This document shows, piece by piece, positions 39,850 through 49,657 of a DNA stretch of 64,000 nucleotides (position 1 is the stretch's first letter; the number at the start of each line of letters is the position of its first letter). Source of the stretch: an uncultured Methanomassiliicoccales archaeon. GTDB taxonomy: Archaea > Thermoplasmatota > Thermoplasmata > Methanomassiliicoccales > UBA472. The DNA lies in contig OY968769.1 of NCBI GenBank assembly GCA_963695345.1, positions 1,824,001 to 1,888,000 on the forward strand, read 5' to 3'. The notes under the pieces were generated by a model. The model was not told the DNA's origin. It worked only from the letters and a program-made list of their open reading frames with translations, and searched no databases. The translations under genes and the position numbers were made by a program.

Positions 39850-41322
39850 GTGGACCAGAAGGCAGCGGACATGGGCTCAGTGGATGTTTGCTTCATCGAG
39901 GAAAGGTTGACCGACCTGGTAGGTGACGCACTTGGCGGGAAAGGTTCATTCTCGCTCGTCTCCGGAGGATCCGCCGACGGGAGGCATGCGATCATCACCC
40001 ACTTACGGGATGAGGCTGAAGCGATGGGCTGCTTGACCGTGGTTCATAATTGCGCATGCCCTGGTCATGGGGCAGCATGTTTGATCGATGCGCTGTCCGC
40101 CCAATGGACCGCGATAGGCGGGAAGGCCGGGTCCATTCTGGCCGATCGAGCAGAATGCGCACGGCAATCCGATCGCTCATACCAGAGGGAGATGGGCGGG
40201 TTGGACCTTCTGCGGTGCATGGCCGCCGAGAACACCATCGTGGTGGTCATCGAGGAGATCGGCTCGGCAGACCTTGAAACGGTGGCCCTGCTCATTTTCC
40301 TTGCCCGGAATGTTGGTGACCTTAATGTAATGATGATCGCCACCCATTCGAGGTTGGAAGAGGACCCGCTCCTGATCAAGATGATGAATGGACTCAGATG
40401 TGACGTCACGGTCCATGAGCACACCATACATCAGAATGAGGAGGATGGGTGTGGTGGGGTGGTATCACATCCAACCTCGGAACTTAGGGAAATCTCCGAC
40501 AGACCCGATCATGTCTCAGATGCGGCGCTGAAGATCAAAGAAAGGATGGAATGTGCCCGGGCGGCATTGGGGACGGGTAACATCATCGATTCCACCAATG
40601 AGGCCCGAACCGCGCTCAGCGATTCCAGGGCCATCGGCCACCACGGTTTCGAACTCGACACCTGCATTCTGCTGGGCGTTTCCCTGACCCAGGCGGGAGA
40701 AGAGAAGGAGGCGTATGAGGTCCTCGACAAAGCGATTTGTCTCGCGAAGATGACGGGTGAGCTAGTATCCCAAAGGGACGCCCATCTTCGGAAGGCGGAA
40801 CTATTGCTTTTCAGCATCGGAGAACCGGATTCGGCTCTCACGGAGGCGGTCATCGCTGAGGAAATCGGATCAAGGACCTCGGACAAGCTCCACAGGATCG
40901 GGTCATTGGTCCTGGAGGCCATGATCGAGGCGGGGAACGGCCGTAAGGATAGGGCGGAGAAGGCCTTCTGTGAAGCTTCTGTTATTCTGGAAGGCCAGCC
41001 AGTCCTCGGTTTCATAAAGGAAAGGATGCTTATGGCCTTGGCCGGGGCGCTGCTTCTTGAATCTAAGCATGACCTTGCCGGGATGAATGCCAGATACGGT
41101 GAGGCTGGAGTGCTGGCCACCGCGACCGAAGCTCCCGATTACTGGTCGGCCACGATTTCAATGCTTCACGGGCGTTCGCTCCTCAGGTTAAGACGGCCTC
41201 GAGAGGCCAAAGGCCACCTGGAAGCTGCAGCCATGAAGTTCGAACTTATGGGTAATGCCGTTCAGAGCGGCCGGGTCAAACGGGCCATCAAGGAATCCGA
41301 GAAAGGACCGGTCCCCGACTGA
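39850..41322 (+). CDS. Degenerate AAA_16/STAND-like domain plus TPR-like repeats
   Basis: VVVIEEI..ADLETVALL.FLAR; degenerate Walker A; helical repeats. Confidence 0.6.
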   Translation: MDQKAADMGSVDVCFIEERLTDLVGDALGGKGSFSLVSGGSADGRHAIITHLRDEAEAMGCLTVVHNCACPGHGAACLIDALSAQWTAIGGKAGSILADRAECARQSDRSYQREMGGLDLLRCMAAENTIVVVIEEIGSADLETVALLIFLARNVGDLNVMMIATHSRLEEDPLLIKMMNGLRCDVTVHEHTIHQNEEDGCGGVVSHPTSELREISDRPDHVSDAALKIKERMECARAALGTGNIIDSTNEARTALSDSRAIGHHGFELDTCILLGVSLTQAGEEKEAYEVLDKAICLAKMTGELVSQRDAHLRKAELLLFSIGEPDSALTEAVIAEEIGSRTSDKLHRIGSLVLEAMIEAGNGRKDRAEKAFCEASVILEGQPVLGFIKERMLMALAGALLLESKHDLAGMNARYGEAGVLATATEAPDYWSATISMLHGRSLLRLRRPREAKGHLEAAAMKFELMGNAVQSGRVKRAIKESEKGPVPD

Positions 41323-41463
41323 ACTCTTCCGATGGTGGGGCTGGCCTCTCACCAGTGCAAAGATGTTTATCGGTGCATTTCCTAGATTGTATGGGCTCCG
41401 AAGAGTATGAAGGAGCGCACCGTCCGATAATGCGCGAGGTCGGGGTCAAGGAGGCGTTCAACA

Positions 41464-42351
41464 ATGATACTGGTCATTGGCTCGACAGGACAGCTTGGGC
41501 GCATCGTGGTAAAGAACCTCCTCCGGAAGAAGAGGTCGGTTCGGATTCTGGTCCGTCCTGGATCTGACTATGAGCCGCTGGTCAAGGCGGGGGCAAAGGC
41601 GATGTACGGTGACATGAAGGCACCGATAACCTTCATCGATGCCCTTAGGGGGGTGGACACATTGATAACCACCGCCAACTCAACCCAGAGGGGCGGCGAT
41701 GACAGCGTGCAGAACGTCGACCTCATCGGAAACCGACACCTGGTCAACAGCGCCAAGACCGCGGGGATACGACATTTCATCTTCGTTTCCGCAGCGAATG
41801 CCGACGACAAGAGCCATTCCTCATACCTGCAGGCCAAGAAGAAGACCGAGAACCACCTCATACATAGCGGGATGAACTACACCATCGTGGCGCCTGAGCC
41901 GTTGATGGAACCATGGTTCAACGCTGTCTTGTCTCCCTGGCTGAGGACCGGCCGTCCGGTCAACCTCATCGGTGAAGGAAATCGTCGACACAGCTACATC
42001 TCGATCAACGACGTGGCCGCCTTCATCTCCTCCTCGGTGGGAAACCCCATGGCGAGAAACATGCACATGACACTGGGCGGACCAAGACCGATCAGTGGGA
42101 ACGACATCATCGGCACCTTCGAAACCATCATGGGCAAGAGGGTCCAGGTCACCCATTCTCCTTCCGGAACCGAGATACCGGGGATTTCCGAGGGCATGAT
42201 GCAGCTCTTGGCGGGAATGGATACGTATGATTCAGCGGTTGACTCAACCAGGCTCTCCAAGATGTTCGGGGTCAATCAGACACCGATCGAGGAAGCCGCC
42301 CGTTCCTATCTGTCCCAGCACAAACCTGTGCAACCGGTACGGATCAGCTGA
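41464..42351 (+). CDS. NmrA-like / atypical SDR NAD(P)-binding protein
   Basis: GSTGQLG, YLQAK. Confidence 0.88.
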   Translation: MILVIGSTGQLGRIVVKNLLRKKRSVRILVRPGSDYEPLVKAGAKAMYGDMKAPITFIDALRGVDTLITTANSTQRGGDDSVQNVDLIGNRHLVNSAKTAGIRHFIFVSAANADDKSHSSYLQAKKKTENHLIHSGMNYTIVAPEPLMEPWFNAVLSPWLRTGRPVNLIGEGNRRHSYISINDVAAFISSSVGNPMARNMHMTLGGPRPISGNDIIGTFETIMGKRVQVTHSPSGTEIPGISEGMMQLLAGMDTYDSAVDSTRLSKMFGVNQTPIEEAARSYLSQHKPVQPVRIS

Positions 42352-42439
42352 CATCATATCGATATGGAACCGGAGTGGGAGGGAAGGCACCAAAGAGTTT
42401 TCATAGGCCGGGCTCCGAACAGATATCAAAGTGTTCCCG

Positions 42440-42607
42440 ATGTTCGTTCCCAACGCCGAATTGGATGAGAAGACCCGGTTCAAGATGGAGTGCAAGCGGT
42501 GCGGCCATTCCTGGTTCAGGAAGGAAGGTTATGGCCCCCAGGTCTGTCCAGAATGCAACGCCCCCTGCGAGGACAAGACCCACTGCAATGTCAACCGCAA
42601 GAACTGA
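42440..42607 (+). CDS. Small zinc-ribbon protein (55 aa)
   Basis: Manual translation ...CKRCGHSW...PQVCPEC... Confidence 0.75.
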   Translation: MFVPNAELDEKTRFKMECKRCGHSWFRKEGYGPQVCPECNAPCEDKTHCNVNRKN

Positions 42608-42621
42608 CCGTTCTGATCGGA

Positions 42622-43554
42622 TCATCTGGTTATCGCGGTGCCGGCATTCCCTGCCAAGGTTTCTAAGGCCTTCTCCATCGAAGTGATCAAAGCTCTTTTG
42701 CCTCCATTGGACACGAATTCTATCGCCGATTCTACCTTCGGTCCCATGGTCCCTTCCTTGAAATGGCCCTCCCTCAGCCATTTTTCGGCCTCCGACACGG
42801 TCATGTTGGGGATGGTCCTCTGATCCGGAGTTCCATAGTCCAGGGATACCGCGTCGACATCGGTGAGGATCAGCATAGAACAGGCCCCGATCAGACTGGC
42901 CAGCATAGAGGCTGAATGATCTTTGTCCACCACTGCCTCCACTCCGACTATGTCCCCGTGCCGCTCCATTACCGGGATTCCTCCTCCGCCGCAGGCGATA
43001 ACCAAATAGCCTTTCTCGAACAGGTCCTTGACCGATCGCCCTTCCAGTATGGAAATCGGCTTCGGGGAGGGGACAACTCTCCTGAAACCGCGGCCAGCCG
43101 TCTCCGAAATTGTCCATCCCTTGTTCTTCTTGAAATCCTTTGCCTCCAAGGCCGTATAGAAGGGGCCGATGGGCTTGGATGGTCGGCCGAATGCCGGGTC
43201 GTCTGGGGAGACTAGCGTCTGGGTGAGTATGGTCATGACTGGCCTCTCCGCCCCTATCATTCTCAGCTCGTTCATCAAGCTCTGTTGGAGCATATACCCG
43301 ATCATTCCCTGGCTCTCCGCACCGCAGAAATCCAGCGGCATCGGCGGAAGCACGTCCTTGGCCATTTCATTGCGCAGAAGTATGTCCCCGACCTGTGGTC
43401 CGTTCCCATGCGTGATGGCGATGTGATATCCCTTTTCGATAAGCCGGACAAGCATTCGGCAGGTTTTCCGGACGTTCCTCAGCTGCTCCTCCGCGGTCCC
43501 TTCATCCTTGTATCTCAGGATAGCATTGCCGCCCAGCGCCACCAGGACGGTCAT
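42622..43554 (-). CDS. arcC: Carbamate kinase
   Basis: ALGGNA, HGNGPQVG, RRVVPSP, GGGGIPV, DKD, MGPK. Confidence 0.95.
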   Translation of the reverse strand: MTVLVALGGNAILRYKDEGTAEEQLRNVRKTCRMLVRLIEKGYHIAITHGNGPQVGDILLRNEMAKDVLPPMPLDFCGAESQGMIGYMLQQSLMNELRMIGAERPVMTILTQTLVSPDDPAFGRPSKPIGPFYTALEAKDFKKNKGWTISETAGRGFRRVVPSPKPISILEGRSVKDLFEKGYLVIACGGGGIPVMERHGDIVGVEAVVDKDHSASMLASLIGACSMLILTDVDAVSLDYGTPDQRTIPNMTVSEAEKWLREGHFKEGTMGPKVESAIEFVSNGGKRALITSMEKALETLAGNAGTAITR

Positions 43555-43848
43555 TTCACAATCATAGCTCATCATCCTATCTTGTGAGTAGCCGTTTAAT
43601 TCATTTTCGCTACCAGGCTGATGATATCAGGACCCAGTCGGATCTGTCCTTTCAAGAATGGGTGATCCGGGGCGGATCCCATGACAATCGACCATAAAAT
43701 CAGGTCGATGTCAAATCATCGGCCATGAAAGATGGAGAGGATGCGACGATGAACGAGACGGCATCGACGTCGGTCAAAGACTCCAGCCCTGTCAATGGAG
43801 AACATGTTCCTCCATCCCGTTCGCCAGGGATCGGAGGCTGATTGACCG

Positions 43849-44550
43849 TCAGAACAGGCCGCTGTTCCTGTTCTCCTCCCTCTCCACCATTCCCATCAGC
43901 AGCATGGCGGTCAGGAGAGTCCTCCGGTCGAACTGAGGGGGCAGGTATTGACAATCGACCTCCCATGTATCCCCTATGACCTTGAACTGCTGCTGGATGT
44001 ATGCTACCAGCCGGCCATAGTACTCCACTTTGACCTGTTCCGTGACCAGTCCTCCCCCGGGGAGATATTTGCGCATCAGGCCGCGGCTCGACGGCTCTAC
44101 CACACGTCCGATCTGCTGGTTGTTCGGGTCAAGCAGGGCATACTCGTCCTGGGCATAGTTGGAAAGGTAGCTCCTCCTCATCTTTCCCACACAGACATTG
44201 CTTCTCGAATCGATGACCGCCCATGTTCCCCAATCATCCACTATGTTCTCCTGCTGGATGCGGAAAATCTCATTGGTCATGTTCTCGTCTGAATATACCC
44301 GGATATCATCCTTGACCCGCATCAGCTTCTGCTTGGAGAATCCCAGCACGATCCCCTGGCGGTCCTCGATATAGTACCGGTTGCCGATGGTGAGGACCTT
44401 CTTGCGTATGCGGTAGAAGTTCTGGAACCAGAGGCCGGATTGGGCTGGAGGGGCTTGGATATTTTGAACGGTTGCGTCCAATCTCGTTCCGCAATTGCCA
44501 CAGAACATACTTCCCACAGGCATCTCCGAACCGCAACGTGAGCATCTCAT
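43849..44550 (-). CDS. Zinc-ribbon plus LURP-one/scramblase-like protein
   Basis: CSRCG..FCGNCG; beta-rich domain ending FDRRTLL. Confidence 0.75.
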   Translation of the reverse strand: MRCSRCGSEMPVGSMFCGNCGTRLDATVQNIQAPPAQSGLWFQNFYRIRKKVLTIGNRYYIEDRQGIVLGFSKQKLMRVKDDIRVYSDENMTNEIFRIQQENIVDDWGTWAVIDSRSNVCVGKMRRSYLSNYAQDEYALLDPNNQQIGRVVEPSSRGLMRKYLPGGGLVTEQVKVEYYGRLVAYIQQQFKVIGDTWEVDCQYLPPQFDRRTLLTAMLLMGMVEREENRNSGLF

Positions 44551-44736
44551 CCCTACACCAATGGATATCTAAAACCGCTGCCCAGATTAAATGATTAGTA
44601 TGCTCCCGTCGATTCTTCCTTAAGATTCGATGGGCGAGTCGTATACAGCCGGCTTCCCTCGAGGGCGATTTTCCCATGCCTGTCAACAGAAACGATCATG
44701 GTTGGATTATTAATACCACAGGGCTTACCCCGGTCA

Positions 44737-45363
44737 ATGGATGCTTACCCCCTGTTCATCACCGCCTTCGGGCTTGGCCTGATAATGGCCTTTGTTCCAG
44801 GGGCGGTCTTCTGTGAGGCCTTGCCGCTAGGTCTCAGAAAAGGGTTCCGTCCAGTGCTCTCCCTGGAGCTTGGGGCATCCGCCGGTGACGCCGTCTGGGC
44901 GATCATTGCCCTCGTCGGTCTGGCCTTTCTGGTCCAGGACCCGCTGACCAAGCTCGGCCTGGGAGTGGTGGGGAGCGCTTTCCTTTTCTATTTGGCATAC
45001 AAGATGCTGATTGAGCATCGGAAATGCAACCCGGAGAAGGACACGGGTCGAAGCACGAAGAACGCTTTCATAACCGGGGCCATAATATCATTCGCCAGTC
45101 CTTTCCAGATAGCTTTCTGGTTGGGAATCGGGGCGTCCACCATCCTCGTCCTGGTAACGGAACCTCAGACAATGCACTATGTAATATTCTTCACGGCATA
45201 TATGATAGGGTCATGCCTGGGAGGGACGGTGACCGCGGCCATGGTGGCATACGGACGCAGGTTCATCAAGGAACGACTATTTCAGGTCATCAACTACATC
45301 TGCGCCGTGTTCATGATCTATCTGGCCGCGAGCCTGCTCTGGAATACTATCCAGGGCTTCTAG
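44737..45363 (+). CDS. LysE family exporter
   Basis: VPGAV, GDAVW, SPFQIAFW; six TM segments. Confidence 0.85.
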   Translation: MDAYPLFITAFGLGLIMAFVPGAVFCEALPLGLRKGFRPVLSLELGASAGDAVWAIIALVGLAFLVQDPLTKLGLGVVGSAFLFYLAYKMLIEHRKCNPEKDTGRSTKNAFITGAIISFASPFQIAFWLGIGASTILVLVTEPQTMHYVIFFTAYMIGSCLGGTVTAAMVAYGRRFIKERLFQVINYICAVFMIYLAASLLWNTIQGF

Positions 45364-45374
45364 GATTGATCGAT

Positions 45375-46541
45375 TCAAATTTCCTTGGCACGTGGGATAT
45401 AGACACTGAAGGCAGATCCTTCCCCTAGAACGCTCTCCACCTCTACCCAGCCGTCATGTTCTTTGACAATACCGTACACCGAGGCAAGTCCGAGCCCTGT
45501 CCCCTTCTCCTGCGATTTCGTGGTATAGAACGGCTCAAAAAGATGTTCCAGCGTCTCTATGGTCATACCGATTCCGGTATCCGCCACACGCATGCAGATA
45601 CAGTCACCAAGTACGGCGCTTTGTCCGGTCCCTGGATTTACCTTGGTAGCGGTGACATTTCTAAAGGTGATGCTCAATTTTCCACCGCTGGGCATGGCGT
45701 CTCTTGCATTGGCCACCAGGTTGACGAAGACCTGTTCCAGCAATGTTGGGTCTCCCATAACATCCCAGAGGTCGCTCTGGGAATCCAGGTCGATCTCCAC
45801 CCCCGCCGGAATGATCTTGCTTATCAGTCTCATCATTTCCCCCGATAGGTCGCCATAGTTCAATCGGATACGCTGTATGGGTTGCTTTCTGCTGAAAAGC
45901 ATGAGTTTCTTGACCATGTCTGCTTCCCGCGAAGCCGCCTGGAAAATCTGGTCGGCGTAGTGGTATGCTTTGGTTTCAGTTCCCGACACGGTCTTGATGA
46001 GGTCTGCGTTACCCTGAACTACAATTATCAGGTTTTTCAGGTCATGCGCTATTCCCGCAGCCAGACTTCCTATCGCTTCCATCTTCTGGGCTTGATAGAA
46101 CTGTGCCCTCAACCGCTGATTCTTTTCCTGCTCTTCCTTGAGGTCGGTGATGTCGATGCAGGAACCTATGAAACCAGTGAATTCGCCGGAGGGATCATGC
46201 ATCGGCCTTCCGGTGTCCAATATCCAGCGATAATTTCCATCATGACGTCGTAGCCGATACTCCATACGGAAATCGGTTCGAGCCTTGAAAGATGCCAGAT
46301 AAATATCCAGGCACTTCTGGAAATCATCCTTGTGCACTCCCTCGGCCCAACCGTTGCCCATCTCCTGTTCCATGGTCCTTCCAGTGAAGTCCATCCATGG
46401 TTGGTTGAAGAAATTGCAGAGAGCGTCCTTACCGGACATCCAAATCATAACAGGGGCTACATCAGCCATTGTTCGGAATCTGGAATCATATTGAGATGTC
46501 TTTACCGGTTCTGCCGTTTCAACCATTTTTTTCCTCTTCAC
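45375..46541 (-). CDS. PAS-domain sensor histidine kinase
   Basis: PAS/PAC; AHDLKN, NARDA, DTGIG, FEPFYTTK, GTGLGL. Confidence 0.92.
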   Translation of the reverse strand: MKRKKMVETAEPVKTSQYDSRFRTMADVAPVMIWMSGKDALCNFFNQPWMDFTGRTMEQEMGNGWAEGVHKDDFQKCLDIYLASFKARTDFRMEYRLRRHDGNYRWILDTGRPMHDPSGEFTGFIGSCIDITDLKEEQEKNQRLRAQFYQAQKMEAIGSLAAGIAHDLKNLIIVVQGNADLIKTVSGTETKAYHYADQIFQAASREADMVKKLMLFSRKQPIQRIRLNYGDLSGEMMRLISKIIPAGVEIDLDSQSDLWDVMGDPTLLEQVFVNLVANARDAMPSGGKLSITFRNVTATKVNPGTGQSAVLGDCICMRVADTGIGMTIETLEHLFEPFYTTKSQEKGTGLGLASVYGIVKEHDGWVEVESVLGEGSAFSVYIPRAKEI

Positions 46542-46942
46542 TCTTGGTATGTCATTTTTAAATTCATTTACGGTTTTGCTACATTCTTTTTTGAATGTAT
46601 CCGGTCGAGTTAACGCTATGTAGCATTCGATTATTTTAACCCGTTATTAAGATTACGGAAACAAGTTCTGTCGAAGTCTCCGGTTGATGAAATCGGCGAT
46701 CCATAGTTCGATGAAAACATATCGTCTGACCATTGACTACTTGTGTCTGGATGCCAACCATTCGTTTGTAAATAGGTCCATTGAAATGTCCGACCCTTAT
46801 CCCATCCTAGGACGAGTTACTTAATGGGTCTTGACTCCATTTTTTACGATACGAAATGCCAGGAAAATCATCTACTCGCAAAAGGCCTCACCTGCTCAGG
46901 TGTCCGAGGCCCAAGACATGCATGATTGCGGATCGTCCTCTC

Positions 46943-47848
46943 TCATTGTTTTGAAGATGCGAACAGAGATTTGGACAGAAAGATCAACCATACGATGTCT
47001 ACCAAAGTACAAACAGTGGCAGGAACGGCGGCGGCGGGCCCAACAAGGGCGATTGCCAGCGTGGCCGCCATCCCGGTGTTCTTGTACGATGCGAACAGCA
47101 CCTCCGGCACTCTTCTGGACCTTGGAACCTCCCTCCTCTCCAGAAACCAGTTCCACAGCATTCCAACGCCGAAAATTCGGACAAAGGCAATCGCCACCAG
47201 CCCTAACAATACCATCTGATCGCCAAAGAAGACCTGTCGGTTCGGTCCCGCTATGGCGACGATCAGCACAAAGAACGCCACATTGATGGCCGCGGCCTTC
47301 TGCGGCGGCCTGATATCGACCTGTCTCAAGAACCGGGAGGCGGCCATGGGCAGCAGGATAAGATATGCCACGTAACCCAGCAGGGTCATCACATCGACCG
47401 CGTTTCCGAGGAACACCAGGGTGATGAACGGGGTCACCGCAAGCGCCACAATGTAGAGGGATGTCGATGAGACCAGGGTGGATTCCAGATCCCCTTTCAG
47501 GATGTAAGTGAAAGGGACGATGGACACTGCTGAAGGCACTGCCGCCATGATTATCCAACCGTCCCTGAGCTCTCCCTGGAAGAGGTAGCTCATGGCGATC
47601 GTGGTCCCACTGGATAGCAGGAACGAGAGCAGGAATGCATTCCTGATCGGAACCGAGTGGTCCTTCAACTTCAGCCCTCTCAGCCTGAGCGCGGTCAGGG
47701 ACAGCGACATCATCGCGATCAAAGACAGCATGGCGATGTTACTGTTGGTAAGGGCGATCCCGCCTGGAAACCCGCCGGTGATCATGGCCACGACGAACGC
47801 CATCACCATCATGACCGGGTTGTTGGTGAGGATCTTCCTCAATTGCAC
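46943..47848 (-). CDS. Bile acid:sodium symporter-like transporter
   Basis: VPSAVS, YKNTG; about 9-10 TM segments. Confidence 0.75.
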   Translation of the reverse strand: MQLRKILTNNPVMMVMAFVVAMITGGFPGGIALTNSNIAMLSLIAMMSLSLTALRLRGLKLKDHSVPIRNAFLLSFLLSSGTTIAMSYLFQGELRDGWIIMAAVPSAVSIVPFTYILKGDLESTLVSSTSLYIVALAVTPFITLVFLGNAVDVMTLLGYVAYLILLPMAASRFLRQVDIRPPQKAAAINVAFFVLIVAIAGPNRQVFFGDQMVLLGLVAIAFVRIFGVGMLWNWFLERREVPRSRRVPEVLFASYKNTGMAATLAIALVGPAAAVPATVCTLVDIVWLIFLSKSLFASSKQ

Positions 47849-47931
47849 ACCCGGTAAGAAGCGGATGTCCGATTAATTGGTTTCGCGGACCATCGGGTAT
47901 ACTCAGTAAGGTTCTGGACGGTTCCCACCGG

Positions 47932-48468
47932 TCATTTCCTCTGCTGCCGGTCAAAGAAGATGTTCTTGCCGGTTGCCGACAGCGGTATCCCGTGGACTAT
48001 CTGGGCCTTGGACAGACCAAGCCGTCTCGCCGCCACGCCGACCCGGTACATGATTCGGTTGTCCACATTGAGCTCAGAGGCCATCTTGACCGCCGATCCC
48101 ATGGCTATGCCCAGGTCGAGCAGTCTTATGGCGCAGTTGCCTCCAATGAAATCGACGTTGCACGGATGGCTTTCCATCTCCCCGCAGGTGGGGAAGCCAC
48201 AGGCCCCGCAGTTCAGTCCTGCACCCTTGTGCGGAAGCAGGCCGATAAGGATCAGCCCGTCCGAGTCCAGTACATTCTGTCCGTCTCGGTCGAAGCCGGG
48301 GCGGGCCGGTTCGGCGGACATCTTCATCATCTCGTTCCCGACCGCCTTCCTTTCCTCTTCGCTTAGCACCTTGATCTCGATGAAATCCTTACCAACGCCT
48401 TTGGGAGCGGTCCGGGCCGCGACCTCCATGAGGTCAGCCACCATCCCTACGGTGTCCTTGATCGCCAT
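47932..48468 (-). CDS. DUF2148 ferredoxin-domain protein
   Basis: ARTAPK, CGACGFPTC, DLGIAMGSA, DNRIMY, KNIFFDR. Confidence 0.88.
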   Translation of the reverse strand: MAIKDTVGMVADLMEVAARTAPKGVGKDFIEIKVLSEEERKAVGNEMMKMSAEPARPGFDRDGQNVLDSDGLILIGLLPHKGAGLNCGACGFPTCGEMESHPCNVDFIGGNCAIRLLDLGIAMGSAVKMASELNVDNRIMYRVGVAARRLGLSKAQIVHGIPLSATGKNIFFDRQQRK

Positions 48469-48593
48469 GAAGGAACATGCTGGTTCGTTCTATTATTTGC
48501 TTGTCTTCAAGTCTTAAGGTAGTGATGCCAGTGCAGGCGGTTGTAGAACGGTTTAACTATCCACAATGCACCTACCTTCTCCGGTGTAAGTCA

Positions 48594-49163
48594 ATGAAGG
48601 TAGTGATCTTCAATGGAAGCCCCAGGAAGGATGGCAATACGGCCGCAATCCTGAAGGAAGTTGAGAAGGCCTGTTCTGAAAAGGGCGCCGAGGTCGACTA
48701 TTTCGACCTTTACCACATGGATTTCAAAGACTGCTCGGCCTGCATGGGCTGCAAAAAGGGGGAGCGGTGCGTTCAGAACGATGAGCTATCTCCCGCCCTT
48801 GACAAGATCAGGGAGGCAAACGCGATCGTGATCGGTTCACCGATATACATATCAGCGGAAACGGCGACGACGAAAGCACTGGTGGATCGGTTCTATTCAT
48901 TCCTGGCGATGGGCGGGGTACAAGGGCAATACACGAACCGCCTGCCGAAGGGGAAGAAGGGGGCGGTCATTTTCACATGCGGCAACCCTCAGGGGGTAGA
49001 GTTGTTCTCGCCGGTGAGCGCCCGCTACCAGAACCTGCTCCAGAGGTACGAGATGGACGGAATGGTCATCGTGGTGCCATCGGTCAGTCCGAACATGAAG
49101 GTTATGGAAACCCCGCGGGGCCAGAAGGCCCTAGCGGACATAATCGAGAAGATATCCGGTTGA
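48594..49163 (+). CDS. Iron-sulfur flavoprotein / flavodoxin family
   Basis: GSPRKDGNT, CxxCxxCx5C, GSPIY. Confidence 0.9.
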   Translation: MKVVIFNGSPRKDGNTAAILKEVEKACSEKGAEVDYFDLYHMDFKDCSACMGCKKGERCVQNDELSPALDKIREANAIVIGSPIYISAETATTKALVDRFYSFLAMGGVQGQYTNRLPKGKKGAVIFTCGNPQGVELFSPVSARYQNLLQRYEMDGMVIVVPSVSPNMKVMETPRGQKALADIIEKISG

Positions 49164-49262
49164 TCCGCACTCTCCGGCTTCGTGAACGATCGGGCAGTTA
49201 AGATACGGCCGGTCGTCACCATACCGGCCCCAGTCATCTTTAAGAGCACGTGTGCCAATCTG

Positions 49263-49652
49263 ATGTCCAGGGGAATCGAAAACTTGAACCGCTTAGCACA
49301 AGGCCTAGTCCTCTTCGTCGCGATGTTCCTGATATTGCTGGGAGCGATATTCCTCATCGCCGCCCGGGTCGAGGACCTGATAACCGGTGCGGTATTCGTT
49401 CTGATCGCCGTGCTGCTCCTTCTGTTCGTCTATCGCAGCCAGAAGATAGAGGCGGCGAAACCCACCCTGGTCACCCAGAACTTCAATGTGAAGATGGAGG
49501 GTTCGGGCCAGATGGAGCAGAAGGAACTCCGGTGCAAGACCTGCGGCGCGCCTCTTTCCGAAAAGAACCTTAAGGTGGTGGAAGGGGGAGTGGTCATGGT
49601 GTGTCCCTATTGCAACACCGTCACATCCCTTCAGGAATCTCCAAAATGGTGA
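49263..49652 (+). CDS. Two-TM membrane protein with C-terminal zinc ribbon
   Basis: CKTCGAPL...CPYC...ESPKW. Confidence 0.8.
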   Translation: MSRGIENLNRLAQGLVLFVAMFLILLGAIFLIAARVEDLITGAVFVLIAVLLLLFVYRSQKIEAAKPTLVTQNFNVKMEGSGQMEQKELRCKTCGAPLSEKNLKVVEGGVVMVCPYCNTVTSLQESPKW

Positions 49653-49657
49653 TCAAA

